Assembly (NCBI GenBank): GCA_965112735.1
Contig: OZ218956.1
Coordinates: forward strand, 558,001 to 622,000
Source: Phaeosaccion multiseriatum
Taxonomy: Eukaryota; Protista; Ochrophyta, other classes
Direction: 5' to 3'
DNA: 64,000 nucleotides
Shown: one piece after another, positions 1 to 13,400 of the stretch
Layout: the number at the start of each line of letters is the position of its first letter
Position numbering within the stretch: the stretch's first letter is position 1
Program-made: the position numbers and the translations under genes
The notes under the pieces: generated by a model
Databases searched by the model: none
What the model was told of the DNA's origin: nothing
The model's input: only the letters and a program-made list of their open reading frames with translations

Positions 1-1450
1 AACGAGCTCACCCCCACCAACACGTCTCCCTCGTCCTCCAGCTCCATCATCGCCGACGGGAGCTGCACGTGAAAGCTGTCCATATCCAGCTCCGGGTTGA
101 TGCTCTCGAGGTGAAGGTTGGCGGGCACGGCGCGGTGCTGCAGCATCAAGACGGCCTTGATGAGCCCGGCAATGCCCGCAGCACCCTCCAGATGGCCAAT
201 ATTGGTCTTGACTGCACCCACTACCAGCGGGAAAGAGTCGTCACGGTTCTTTCCATACGTGGCCTTCAGAGCGCTCATCTCGATGGGGTCGCCGAGCGAG
301 GTTCCCGTGCCGTGTGCCTCCACGATGCGTACTTCGGACCCCTCCCGACTGGCCTCACGCAGCGTCGCCTCGACAAGGCTCTGCTGGGCAGCTGGGCTGG
401 GGGCCGTCAGACGGGCACTGGCTCCATTGTGGTTCACGGCACAGCCTTCAATCACAGCGAGGACCGTGTCTCCGGCAGCGAGGGCGTCATCCAGGCTTTT
501 CAGCACAACGGCACCGCACCCCTCGCCACGCACATATCCGTTGGCCGAGGCGTCGAACGTCTTGCAGCGCCTGAGAAGGTTAATGGGAACAGAGAAAGTG
601 TCGTGGATAATTCGCAGCTTGACGAAGTGCACAGAGAGGTCGGCGGCACTCCCTTACTTACAGGTAAGCACCTCGCGTTTGTGGAAGGCGGCAGTGGTTC
701 ATAGGAGGTAGTGTGAGCGGAACAAGAAGGGAACTACAGGAATCGAAGGCGAGGCAAGCACATCATACATCACAGGAGCAGAAAAACAACACGCAATGTG
801 GAGCAGCCGGTGCCACGTACCAGTCGGGGGAGAGGAAGGTCCCCGCAATCAATGACTGAAAGGTGCTCTTCCCGAGCAGCAGGTTCACGCCACCGACCAC
901 TGCCGAGTCGCACTTGCCCAGGCGGAGGTTGCTGCAAGCAGCGTCCAGAGCCACCAGGGACGACGAGCATGCTGTCTGCAGCAACGCGCTGGGACCGCAG
1001 AGACCCAGAGTGTAGGATACGCGATTCGCAATGTTCGAAGCTGTCAGGCCCATTCCGCCGTAGGCGCTCTGAGCAGTGGTATCTCCTGCCACGAAGCCCC
1101 AGTCCGTGTCCGACAAACCCACAAACACGCCGGTGTTGCTGCCCCGTAGGCTGTTCTTGCTGTGGCCCGCGCGATGGAGGGCCTGGAAGGCCACCTCCAG
1201 CATGAGGCGCTGATTGGGGTCCATTGCCTCTGCCTCGACAGCACTGATGCCAAAGTAGGCATTATCGAACATCTCAACGCCCTCAATGAACCCTCCATGT
1301 AGCTGCACCTCGCCCTTATTACTCTCCCACCTATCATTTGGCGCTGCCGTGATGCAGTCTCTGCCCTCGCACATCAACGACCAGAACTGCTCCGGGCTAT
1401 TGGCTCCACCGGGGAGGCGACACGCCATACTCACCACAGCGATGGGGGCT
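1..1450 (-). other. PKS module 3 KS domain (module continues beyond window)
   Basis: QTACSSS, EAHGTGT, KTNIGHLEGAAG; window ends at VLVGVSSF. Confidence 0.9.
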
Positions 1451-4400
1451 GGAGAGTCCGAGGACAAGTGTTGTCCTGTCAGCACCTTTTTACCCTCCTC
1501 TACATTATCCAGCACCTCAAGAATCTGGGCCTCGAGCCACGCGGCCATTGCAGACACCGATGGATACGAGAAGAAGGCGCCATTCGAAACGGGGACACCA
1601 CACCAGGCCTCGATTCGATTGCGAAACTCCACGGACGCCATCGAATCGAGTCCGGCCTCCATCAAGGGCGTCGTTGCTGCTAAGGTGAAGTCCTCGCCAA
1701 CACACTCGACTGCCATACCCGTCAGGACTTGCTCGATCCTCTCCCGCCGTGCTGACTCCGGCAAGAGCAGGAGCTCCTCCCGCACCTCGGCGTTGACGCT
1801 GTACCCTCTTGACGCCTCATCATTTTCTCCGCGGTCTGTCAATTGCCCGAGGAAATCGCTGTGCACCGGGTCCAAGCTCGCTCGAAATCTGTCCCACCTC
1901 ATGGCCGGCATGACGGCCACCTCCTGTACAACGGCTTGCGCTTGACTTGCAAGGACGGCATCCAGAGCCTTCATACCTAGCGCCGATGAGATCAGGCCCA
2001 CTCCGGTCATCTCCGCAGCTTTGGACACCATTTCAAGCCGCACCGCCATACCCACGTCGCCCCATGGGCCCCACTGAATGTTGGAAGCAGGAAGGCCAAG
2101 CTGGCGTCGGCGGTACCGCATCAGCCCGTCCAATGCAGCATTGGCCCCGGCGTAGGCGCTCTGATTGGACAAGCCAAGCAAAGCCGAGGTCGATGAGTAC
2201 GAGGCGAAGAAGTCGATCTCCTCCCTGCCGCTCGCCACCCACTCAAGGCACAGCGCGTGGAGATTCCAACCTCCCTGGATCTTGGCGGCAAAGACTTTTC
2301 GCACGTTTTGTTCCGTCTCGCCCGACAACATTCCCTTTGCGCCAGTCACACCCGCTGCGTGAATCACACCCCGAACATGAGGCAGCCCCACCAAGGCCGT
2401 TGCTACAGCATCTCGAAGCTGGCCCATATCGGACACATCGCAGGCCACGGCCACAGCGGTGAGACTTTCCATGCTCTGCAGGGCCTCCCACAGCTCTGAA
2501 ACTTCCTCTGCCGCCCGGCCGCTTCGAGAGAGGAGGAGCAAGTGTCGAGCACCCTGGGAGACCAAGTGATTCGCCGTCGCCAGGCCCAGCCCCCCCAGAC
2601 CACCGGTGATCAGGTAGGTCCCATCCTCCCTGCACGTGAAGCGATCGACTCCTGCCGACGTCAGATGGAGTGTGCTGGGCACCAGCCTCGGAGCGAGGAT
2701 CCCACACCCTCGAACCAGCAGGTCCAGGCCTCGTCCTCCGTCCTGAGCTTCTGCAGCCAGCGTCACCGCCTGGGAGACAGTTTGGCCTTCCATCTCCTCT
2801 ACTCCAGGTCGAGCATCCTCAGACTGTGGAGACGCGGCACACTCAACGTCCACGTGGCTCACGGCGAGGTCTCCCCGCTCCAGGCGTATGCTTCTCACCA
2901 GTCCCACTGCCCAGCTGTCCTGCCAACCAGCACCGCTGTACACACCCGTTGTTACCACGGTGATCGGCATCACTGCCTCGTCCCCGTCCAAGCTCTGTAC
3001 GGTTTGCACAAAATGGATTGCCCCGTCGGTAGGAGAGCACGTCCCTGACACCAGGTAGAAGAGATGGGCCCCACGCGGCTGCGCGTCCGAGCCGACCGCC
3101 TTCACCATGTGCACATCCACACCATTTGCTGTCGCCGCGCTTCGGACAGCTTCCAAGGCTCTGTGGATGTTCGAAGCGTGCTGCCCTTCAGCTGCCTCGG
3201 GAATCACGACGAGCCACGGAAGACCGCCGGTCAGCGAAGCCTGCTGCGAAGCCTCGGGCAGCTGCACCGCCTCCCACTCAACAACATATAGCGGGCCCTG
3301 CTCCGCTTCACTCCGCGTCTGAGGTGCAGCGGTAGCTCGCGCTGTGTACCAAGGAAAGACCTTACGCGTTGGGAACAGGATGTTCTCCTTGCCCTCATGC
3401 TCTTGCTGCTGCACTGTGCTCAGAGCCGCTCCAAACGAATACTCGGCGTTCTGCCCTAGCGTGAGGGAGGAGATCCACGCCAGCCCCCCGCGACGCTCGC
3501 ACTTGGCTCCCATGCTGCTCAGCACAGGGTTGGGGCCCACCTCAACGATGCTCAGGTCAGCCCCCCTCCCGTCTCCCATCCAGTGCTCCACCACCGTGTG
3601 GATGCCTTCTGCGAACAGCACTGGCGACAGCATGTGTTGCACCCAATACGTCGCCTGCGTCACCTCCTCCCCTCTCACCACCTCACCCGTCACGTTGGAC
3701 ACCAGGGGAATGCGTGGGGCGCTGAATGACACCTGCCTCAGAACCTCCTCCAGCCCACGTACAGCGGGCTCCATCAGAGGAGAGTGGAAGGCGTGCGACA
3801 CCTCCAGGGCCTTGCAGCCCACCCCATCTGCCGTGAGCTTCTCCGCCACCTTGTCCACAGCACTGCGAGCTCCAGAGATCACGCTCGCGCTCGGTCCATT
3901 CGACGACGCCAGCACCACCTCGCCTGCCCCCCCCGCAGCGTCGATGCTTGCCAAAGTCGCCTCCTTGCCTGCCCTCACTGCAAACATCACCCCCTCCCCC
4001 TCGGGGCAGGCCTGCATGGCGGCTCCTCTCATGGCGGACAGCATCAGCCCGTCCTCCAGCGACATGACGCCGGCCACGCACGCCGCCACTACCTCGCCCA
4101 GGCTGTGGCCCATCACCATGGAAGGCTCCACGCCCTCCGACTTCCACAGCTCACACAGGGCGTACTCCAGCACAAACAGGCACGGCTGGCAGTAGCGTGT
4201 CTCCTTCAGCAGCGCTTGTGCACTCTCCTCCTCCTCCTCCTCCCCGTCCTCAGCGACCGCTGGGTACATGAGCTCCACCACAGACTTGTCCAGCCAGGCC
4301 CGCTCCATGAGCAGCCTGCTGCACCGCTACACGCACTCGCGGAACACGCCCTCCTTCTCGTACAGCTCCCTGCCCATGCCCACGTACTGCGATCCCTGCC

Positions 4401-7400
4401 CTGTGAACAAAAACGCCACTGGAGTATCTGCTTGACGGGCACTAGGGCCTGGCGCACCCTCAACCCTCTTCCCATGGCTCCTCAGCAGCACGTGTGCATT
4501 CGTTCCTCCTGCCCCGAACGAGCTCACCCCCACCAACACGTCTCCCTCGTCCTCCAGTTCCACCATCGCCGACGGTAGCTGCACGGGGAAGCCGTCCATG
4601 TCCAGCTCCGGGTTGATGCTCTCGAGGTGAAGGTTGGCGGGCACCGCGCGGTGCTGCAGCATCAAGACGGCCTTGATAAGCCCGGCAATGCCCGCAGCAC
4701 CCTCCAGATGGCCAATGTTGGTCTTGACCGCACCCACTACCAGCGGGAAAGAGTCGTCACGGTTCTTTCCATACGTGGCCTTCAGAGCGCTCATCTCGAT
4801 GGGGTCGCCGAGCGAGGTTCCCGTGCCGTGTGCCTCCACGATGCGTACTTCGGACCCCTCCCGACCGGCCTCACGTAGCGTCGCCTCGATGAGCCTCCGC
4901 TGGGCAGCTGGGCTGGGGGCCGTGAGGCGGGCACTGGCTCCATTGTGGTTCACGGCACAGCCCTCAATCACAGCGAGGACAGTGTCTCCAGCAGCGAGGG
5001 CGTCATCTAGACGTTTCAGCACCACGGCACCGCATCCTTCACCACGCACGTATCCGTTTGCCGACGCGTCGAACGTCTTGCAGCGCCTGAGAAGGGCATG
5101 GGTAGCGTGAGGGGAGTTTTAGTCGGCGGCGCAGGTAAAGTCGGACGATTTGCCAGAGAGGAGCAGAACCATAAGTGCAGAGGAACAAAAAGGAAGCACT
5201 TACCAGTCCGGCGACAAGAAGCCGCTGCCCTGAATGTCCTCAAAGGCCACTGGCCCGAGCAAGCAATTGACGCCCCCGACGACAGCGGAATCGCACTTGC
5301 CCATGCGTAAGCTGCTGCAGGCGTTGTCCAAGGCCACCAGCGATGACGAGCACGCCGTGTCAGTGGTCATGGACGGGCCCTGCAGCCCCAGCACGTACGA
5401 GAGCCGATTGGCAACGCCACATTGGATGCGACCCATAGTGCGGTATACTCCAGCCCCTACATCCTTGCCCTGGTAGCCCCAGTCGCCGAGGCTCATCATG
5501 CCGATGAAGACGCCTGCCCGACTGCCCGCCAAGCTTGCTTTGTCGCACCCCGCGTTGACCAATGCCTCGTATCCAACCTCCAGCATCACTCGCTGGTGCG
5601 GATCCATCGCAGCCGCTTCGGCAAACGAGATGCCGAATACGGCGGGGTCAAACATTTCCACCTCAGCAATGAAGCTGCCTTGCCAATCCTTGCTCCCCTC
5701 TTTTCCCGCCCACCGGTTCAGAGGGGCAGTCTGAATGCAGTCAGTACCTGTGCGCAGCATTGACCAGAAGGCCTCTGGACTGTTCGAGCCCCCCGGGAAG
5801 CGGCACGCCATGCCCACAATAGCCAGGGGGGCAGTCATGCTACCTCCAGCCGGTTCAGCATTCCTCTCCTCATATTCACCCTTCTCAGCCCCCAAGACCA
5901 AGCCCTCGAGCCACACAGTCAGCGCTGCCACTGAGGGGTGACTGAAGAGCACGTCGTTGGGGACGGACACACCGAAGCGAGCTTGGAGTCGACTCCGAAG
6001 CTCCACCGTAGACATGGAGTCCAGCCCAGCCTCCATCAAAGGCCTCAAAGCGTCGAGCTCGATGCCTGCTTCCCCAATGCATGCTTTTGCCATCTCCATG
6101 ATTAAAGCCTGCAGCATGGGCTTTCGCTCTCCCTCCGAAAGCTCCAGTAGGTCGCGCTTAACCTCGGTAGTCACACTGTTGCTAGCCTTGTTCTGCGGTC
6201 CAACCATTGAAGCCTCTCTAACGAGGGCATCAAGCATCCCCGGGTTGCCAGCAGCCTCAGAGAAGGCGGGCCAGTCCATGCCAGGCAGGACCAAGAGCTC
6301 GCGCGATACCGCAGATGGGGCTGACACGCCGGCATCAAGCGCCGCCATACCCAATGCCTTACTGATGAGCCCAACGCCGGCCATCTCCAGACTGGCCATG
6401 GCAACTTCGGACCGGGCGGCCATGCCAGCTTCGCCCCACGGCCCCCACTGGAGGGCCACAGAGCTGGAGTGACCGAGACGCCGACGATGCTGCATCAGCC
6501 CGTCCACAGCAGCGTTGGCTGCAGCATAGTTGGCCTGGCCTGCATTGCCTAACACACCTGCCATGGATGTGTAGGACACAAAGAAGTCCAAGGGCCAGGC
6601 CATCTGCACCGACAGCTCGTGCAGATTCCAAGCGCCCTCCACCTTCGGCTTGAAGACCTCTTCGATACTCTCGGGCGTCTGGTCCACCAGCAAGCGATCG
6701 TCGAGCACACCAGCAGCGTGGATGACACCTCGTACGGGCGGCATGCTGCTGAGCGCCGTGCCTAGGGCCTTCTCAAGCGACTGCGCGCTAGACACATCGC
6801 ACGATACAGCCTTGGTGCTCACCCCGCCGGGCACGGTGAGAAGCTCCTCCCACAGCGACTGGGAGTCCGCCTTGACCTTTCCCCCTCGCGAGAGCAGTAC
6901 AAGATGACGAGCTCCTTTCTCAGCCAAATGCTTCGCAGTCGCCAGCCCCAGCGCCCCCAGCCCACCGCTGATGACGTAAGTCCCGTCTCGCACGACGGGA
7001 ATGCCACACTCAGGGCTACTGAGCACAACCTTCCCAATGTGCTTCGCAGTTCTGAGGAAGTTCATTGCCTCCACAGGCTCATCCCTCAAGTCGAATGTCT
7101 TCACTGGTAGCGCCTCGGCCCTGCCCGCCTCACTGTCCGCTGTCAGTTGCTCCAGCCTAGTGAACGCCCAGCCCTGCTTCTCGGCCTTGAAGTCGTCTGC
7201 TATCATGGAGTCCAGTGCAATCAGCTCGTACAACACGTCGGGCCTGGCAGCCTTCATCGCCTCCCTGGTCCACACGCCTCGCTTGCCGATCTCCACGAAG
7301 CGCCCGTTCTTCGTCAGCAGCTCCAGAGAGTAAGGGATGAAGTTGTCGGACAGGCAATTGAGCACCACATCCACCTTTGCAGCTCCCATGGAAGCCTTGA

Positions 7401-10400
7401 AGGCCTCCGCATCTCGCGACGACGCAATGTTCTTCACGCCCAGGCCTCGCAAGTAGGCGTGCTTCTCCTCGGATCCAGCAGTGGCGTAGATCTCCGCTCC
7501 GATTCGCTGAGCAATCTGCACGGCCACCAGACCCACTCCACCTGACGCGGCATGGATGAGCACCTTCTCACCACGCTTCAAGCCAGCGAGTTGCTCAAAG
7601 GCGTGCACCACTGTGAGCCACGCGACAGGCAGCGCTGCCATGTCATCGAAGGTCCTGTTGGAAGGCATGTTGGCCAGACACACGTCACTTGTCGTTACGT
7701 GGGAGCAGAAGCATCCCTTGTCCGGAAGCCCGTAGACCTTGTCTCCCACTTGAAAGCGCGAGTTTCGCGACGCTCGAGTGACCACCCCCGATAGCTCGAT
7801 GCCAGGCTGTCCAGGGTCGCCAGGGTACAGGTCGAGCACATTCAGCACGTCTCTGAAGTTGAGCCCCACCGCCTTGACACAAATTTCAATCTCCCCGTCC
7901 TGCAAGGCAGCGCGTCTCTCGGAAGGGAGTACGTCTCTGCGCTTCAAGCCTCCCTCGATGCTTCCCCTCGCCATGAGATCGAAGGAGAATGGGAGGTGTG
8001 CATCTGTTGAGGGCGTCAGCTGAGGCGTGAGATATCGTCCGTCTCGCACCCACATGTCCTGCCCCAGTGACGCAATGGCCCAGCACTTGGGCAGGTACTC
8101 GCTGCCCGCGTCCACCACCGTGATGGCCAGCGAAGGGTGCTCAACACGAGCGGTTCGAATCATGCCGTACACCCAGTGATGCATCCACCCCTCGCCGCCG
8201 CTCAGCGTGTCCTGCACTAGCACCATCAAGGGAGCAGGCCTTCGTAAAAGCTGCTGTAGCAACAAGAGGAGTGTCTGTGCCTCTTGGCTGGGGCTCTGCT
8301 GCTTGCCGCCGAACAATGTCCACACCACACGGTCCCATCCTGCTGGCGCTTCTGAAGCGAGGGTGGAGTCGTCGATGATCTTGACCTCCCTCTCCGTCAG
8401 TGTCACGGAGATGGGCAAGCTCTCTTTCGCTGCCTTGTCCAAGCTGCCACTAGCGCCGCTGGTGAGGAGCAGCCAAGCTTCTTCTCGCTCTTCCACGTCA
8501 CCTCTGCTGGGGGAGATGGAATCGTTGGGCAGCCACTCTAGAGAATACAGCGCTCGGCTGACCGGGTTGGTGCGGGAGAAGCCTCGGGCCAGCTGCATCC
8601 GGAAGTGGTTGAGCTGCACGAGCACTTGCTTCGTCTCGAAGTGTGCTATCACGACGTCGCACTCGATCGCAAGGGCTTGAGAGTCCACCTCCTTCACCAC
8701 CGCATGCACCCACACCTTCTCGCTCGTGATGGCCCCTCGCACAAGCACCTCTTCGCAGCCGGTGGGCAAGAAGACGGCGGCAAAGGCCTTGCTCGTCAGC
8801 TCCTCCGGCAAGAGCGCCAGCATGGTGTGCGCGGCATTATCCAGCACTGCAGGGTGGAGGTAGAAGCCGTTGATCTCCCACCCCGCCGATAGGCTGCCAT
8901 CCATTGCCGCCGCAACCGACAAGGCCTGTCCACTGGCGGCGAATAGGTGCTGCGTTCGGACAAAGCTAGCACCGTAGTCATAACCAGCACTGGCAAGCTT
9001 GAGGTAGAGCCCCTCGGCGATGTCCTCGTCCCCCACCGCGGCTCTCACCCGCGCCACGTCCAATGCCTCTGCCTCCGTCCTTGTGCACAATTGAAGGGAA
9101 GTCGCCTTCGCCACCGTCTCTCCAGCCTCGCCGTGGGGACCTCCGATAAACTGCACGCTGCCGCGGGCAGTGATGAAGGCACTGACTTCAGAAGCGACCA
9201 CAGTGGTGGAGCCCTCCACCGTACGGTCCACATCGGGGGCACGAGCGCCTGCAATTTCCAGTGGAGCCATGAAGACCAGGCCCTTCAGGACTACTTGCCT
9301 CTCGCCAGGGAAAGGCTTGCCCTTCAGCAAGGCGGCAAGGCCAATCTCGATGTACCCCATGCCCGGCATGAGCACCACTCCTCCCACCGCGTGATCTTGC
9401 AGCAAGCCCTTGAGCTGAGGGGTGAAGCGGCATGAGAGGAGTGTTCCTCCCTTCTTCTCGACGATGCCGCCGCTTGGGACCATCGCATGCGCCTGCTGCT
9501 CGAACCAAGGGAGCGCACGACGGGTGGGGAACAGAGGTGTGGGTTTGCCCAGCACTGCCGCCACTGCTGTGTCGAACGAGGCGGTGTCGCTCCCGTCCCG
9601 CCGCATGGACGGCTGCCACATCACGTCCGATCTCTCTCCCTCGCATTGCCGCGCCATGTTGATCAGCACAGAGCTGGGCCCAATCTCTACCACTCGTACA
9701 CCTTCAGGCCTCTCCCGGAGCAGCGTGTGGATGCCTTCTGCGAACAGCACTGGCGACAGCATGTGCTTTATCCAATACGCCGCCTGGGTCACCTCCTCCG
9801 CCTTCACCACCTCGCCCGTCACGTTGGACACCAGCGGGATGCGGGGGGGACTGAGTGACACCTGCCTCAGAGCCTCCTCCAGCGCACGTACAGCGGGCTT
9901 CATCAGGGGGGAGTGGAAGGCGTGCGACACCTTCAGGGCCTTGCAGCCCACCCCATCTGCCGTGAGCCTCTCCACCACCTTGTCCACAGCGGTTGGAGCG
10001 CCAGAGATCACGCTCGCGCTCGGTCCATTCGACGACGCCAGCACCACCTCGCCTGCCCCCCCTGCAGCGTCGATGCTTGCCAAAGTCGCCTCCTTGCCTA
10101 CCCTCACTGCGAACATCACTCCTTTGCCCTCGGGGCAGGCCTGCATGGCGGCTCCTCTCATGGCGGACAGCATCAGCCCGTCCTCCAGCGACATGACGCC
10201 GGCCACGCACGCCGCCACTACCTCGCCCAGGCTGTGGCCCATCACCATGGACGGCTCCACGCCCTCCGACTTCCACAGCTCACACAGGGCGTACTCCAGC
10301 ACAAACAGACACGGCTGGCAGTAGCGTGTCTCCTTCAGCAGCGCTTGTGCACTCTCCTCTTCCTCGGCAGCAGGATATATGAGCTTCACCACAGACTTGT

Positions 10401-13400
10401 CCAGCCAGGCCTGGTCCTGCAGGAGGTCATCGCACCGCCGAACAGCTTTACGAAAGACCTCACGCTATTGAGGCAGCGAACGAGAAGCACGCAAAGCAGA
10501 GACAAGAGAGAAAAGCATATGAGAACGAGGGTAGGTGGCCGAGGTGATGCGAAGCGACGGAGAAGACAAGAGGAGCGCTGACAGACACAGAGGTTAAAAC
10601 GAGCAAGCGAACTCACCTCATCGTAGAGCTCCTTGCCCATGCCGGGGTACTGGGAGCCTTGCCCCGTGAAGAGAAAGGCGACCGGAGATGCGGCGACCTC
10701 CGTCTTCCTCCTCGTCGGTGTCTTCGAACCCTCCCCCTCCACTCTCGGCGCAGCGCTGCTCAGCACCACATGGGCGTTGGTGCCTCCTGCTCCGAACGAG
10801 CTTACTCCTGCGTACAAGAGCTCGCTGCTGCCATTGGGGTGTCCCTCGCCACTCAAAGGGTTTAGCCTGGACGACGGGAAGGCCACCGCAAATCCATCAA
10901 TGCCCAGCTGAGGATTGAGCGTGCCGAGGTGCAGATTGCCCGGAGCAGCTCTCTGCTGAAGCGCCAGGACGGTCTTGATGACTCCCGCGATGCCTGCGGC
11001 GCCCTCCAAGTGACCAATGTTAGTCTTGACCGCTCCCACCATGAGTGGGAAAGAGCTCTCCCGCCCTTCTCCATAGGCGGCTTTGAGGGCGCTCATCTCC
11101 ATGGGGTCGCCAAGAGCCGTGCCGGTGCCGTGCGCCTCCACGAAGTGAACCTCGCTGCCCGCTACGCCCGCCTCCTCCAAGGTTGCCTCCATCAGCGTCT
11201 GCTGTGCGTCTGGACTGGGTGCTGTGAACCGCATAGAGCGTCCATTGTGGTTCACGCCGCTTCCCCGCACGACGGCCAGGATGTTGTCTCCGCTGCGCTC
11301 CGCGTCGTCAAGCCGCTTCACCACCAAGGCGCCGCAGCCCTCTCCTCGGACGTAGCCGTTAGCCGCTGCGTCGAACGTCTTGCAGCGCCTTCGGTAGCAG
11401 CACGAGGCAGATGGGGGCAGAGAAGGAAGGACAAGCCGATGAGAGGGATGATGCTTGTGTATACCTGTCAGCAAGCCCTCAATGACTGTACTCGCATTAC
11501 AGGAGCTCGATGCTCCCCAAGGCCAGCCCCCCCATTGTCCCATACGTACCAGTCCTTGGACAAGAAACCTCCCTTGTCGAGCTGCTCGAAGGAACGGGAG
11601 CCGAGTAGCAGGTTCACTCCTCCCACAACCGCAGCTTCGCACATGCCGAAGCGAAGGTAGCGACAAGCCGTGTCCAAGGCAACGAGAGAGGAAGAGCAAA
11701 GTGTATCAAGCGATATGCTTGGGCCTCGCAAGCCCAGTGCGTAGGACAGGCGATTTGCAGGGCAGCCCGCTGACTCGCCCATCATGGAGTGAGCTTTGGT
11801 GTCACCATCATTGTTGAGCGCGGCCCAGTCGCCGTGCTGCATGGAGCCCACGAACACTCCGGTGTTGCTGTTGCGCAGCGTGGCCACAGAGAAGCCTGCC
11901 TCGTGCAGCGCCTCGTATCCGACCTCGAGCATGATGCGCTGAGTGGGGTCCATGGCCTCGGCCTCGGCTACGGAGATGCCAAACGTGGCGTTGTCAAACA
12001 TCTCCACGCCGTCGATGAAGCCTCCGTGCCACTCCTTCGCCGCACCAGTGAGTCTTCCCGGGGGCATGGCGGTGATGCAGTCCCTTCCCTCCAGCAGCAT
12101 GGACCAGAAAGCGTCGGGACTGTCTGCGCCTCCAGGGAAGCGGCACGCCATGCTCACTACTGCAAGCGGGGCAGAAGCGTCGCCCCCCCCTTCAGACGAT
12201 GGCATCCTCCTGGACAGGCGCAGGCTGCTTGCACTTCCCTCCATGAGCGCCGAGCCCAACCACTCCGCCAAGGCCGCCACGGTGGGGTGGGCGAAGAGGG
12301 CGGCACTGCTAACGGGAATGTCCGTGAGCAGGTGCAGACGCTGCCTCAGCTCCATGAGCGCCAACGAATCCATGCCAGCCTCCATGAGAGGCTTGTCCAT
12401 GTCGATGCCGACAGAGCCTGCCGTGCTGGAGAGGGCGATGTCGGAGATGACGGATCGAAGCCTCTCTTGGCGTTCAGCTGGACTGACACCGCGGAGCTCT
12501 ACTGCCAAGGAGTTTCCGGCCGCCGATGTCGGTGTGGCGGGCAGCAGCTTGAAGGCCTTTCTGTTTGTGAACGGGGAGGCTCTGACGTTGGTCTTTTCTG
12601 CTTGTGATATGGCCGTCCCCTCCAGGATGACGTGGGCATTGACACCGCCAAACCCAAAGGAGTTGACGGCTGTAAAACAAGCAGAAGCAACCACCGCGAG
12701 CAGAAGGGCAAGGTGAGAACGGGTTCAGTCATCTACCATCATACGATACCTCATACACTCACAAAGTCCTCTTTCGCTTGTCTCAAGAAGTGGGTGAGTG
12801 AGAGTGAGTGAGAGTGAGTGAGTGAGTGAGTGAGTGAGTGAGTGAGTGAGTGAGTGAGTGAGTGAGTGAGTGAGTGATTTAGTGAGTGAGTGAGTGAGTG
12901 AGTGAGTGAGTGAGTGAGTGAGTGAGTGAGTGAGTGAGTGAGTGAGTGAGTGAGTGAGTGAGTGAGTGAGTGAGTGAGTGAGTGAGTGAGTGAGTGAGTG
13001 AGTGAGTGAGTGAGTGAGTGAGTGAGTGAGTGAGTGAGTGAGTGAGTGAGTGAGTGAGTGAGTGAGTGAGTGAGTGAGTGAGTGAGTGAGTGAGTGAGTG
13101 AGTGAGTGAGTGAGTGAGTGAGTGAGTGAGTGAGTGAGTGAGTGAGTGAGTGAGTGAGTGAGTGAGTGAGTGAGTGAGTGAGTGAGTGAGTGAGTGAGTG
13201 AGTGAGTGAGTGAGTGAGTGAGTGAGTGAGTGAGTGAGTGAGTGAGTGAGTGAGTGAGTGAGTGAGTGAGTGAGTGAGTGAGTGAGTGAGTGAGTGAGTG
13301 AGTGAGTGAGTGAGTGAGTGAGTGAGTGAGTGAGTGAGTGAGTGAGTGAGTGAGTGAGTGAGTGAGTGAGTGAGTGAGTGAGTGAGTGAGTGAGTGAGTG

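Noticed and set aside
4327-4329. Genome-wide TAG reassignment or pyrrolysine
   Set aside because: Apyrase (31136) and CbbY (18872) end in TAG at their expected C-termini.
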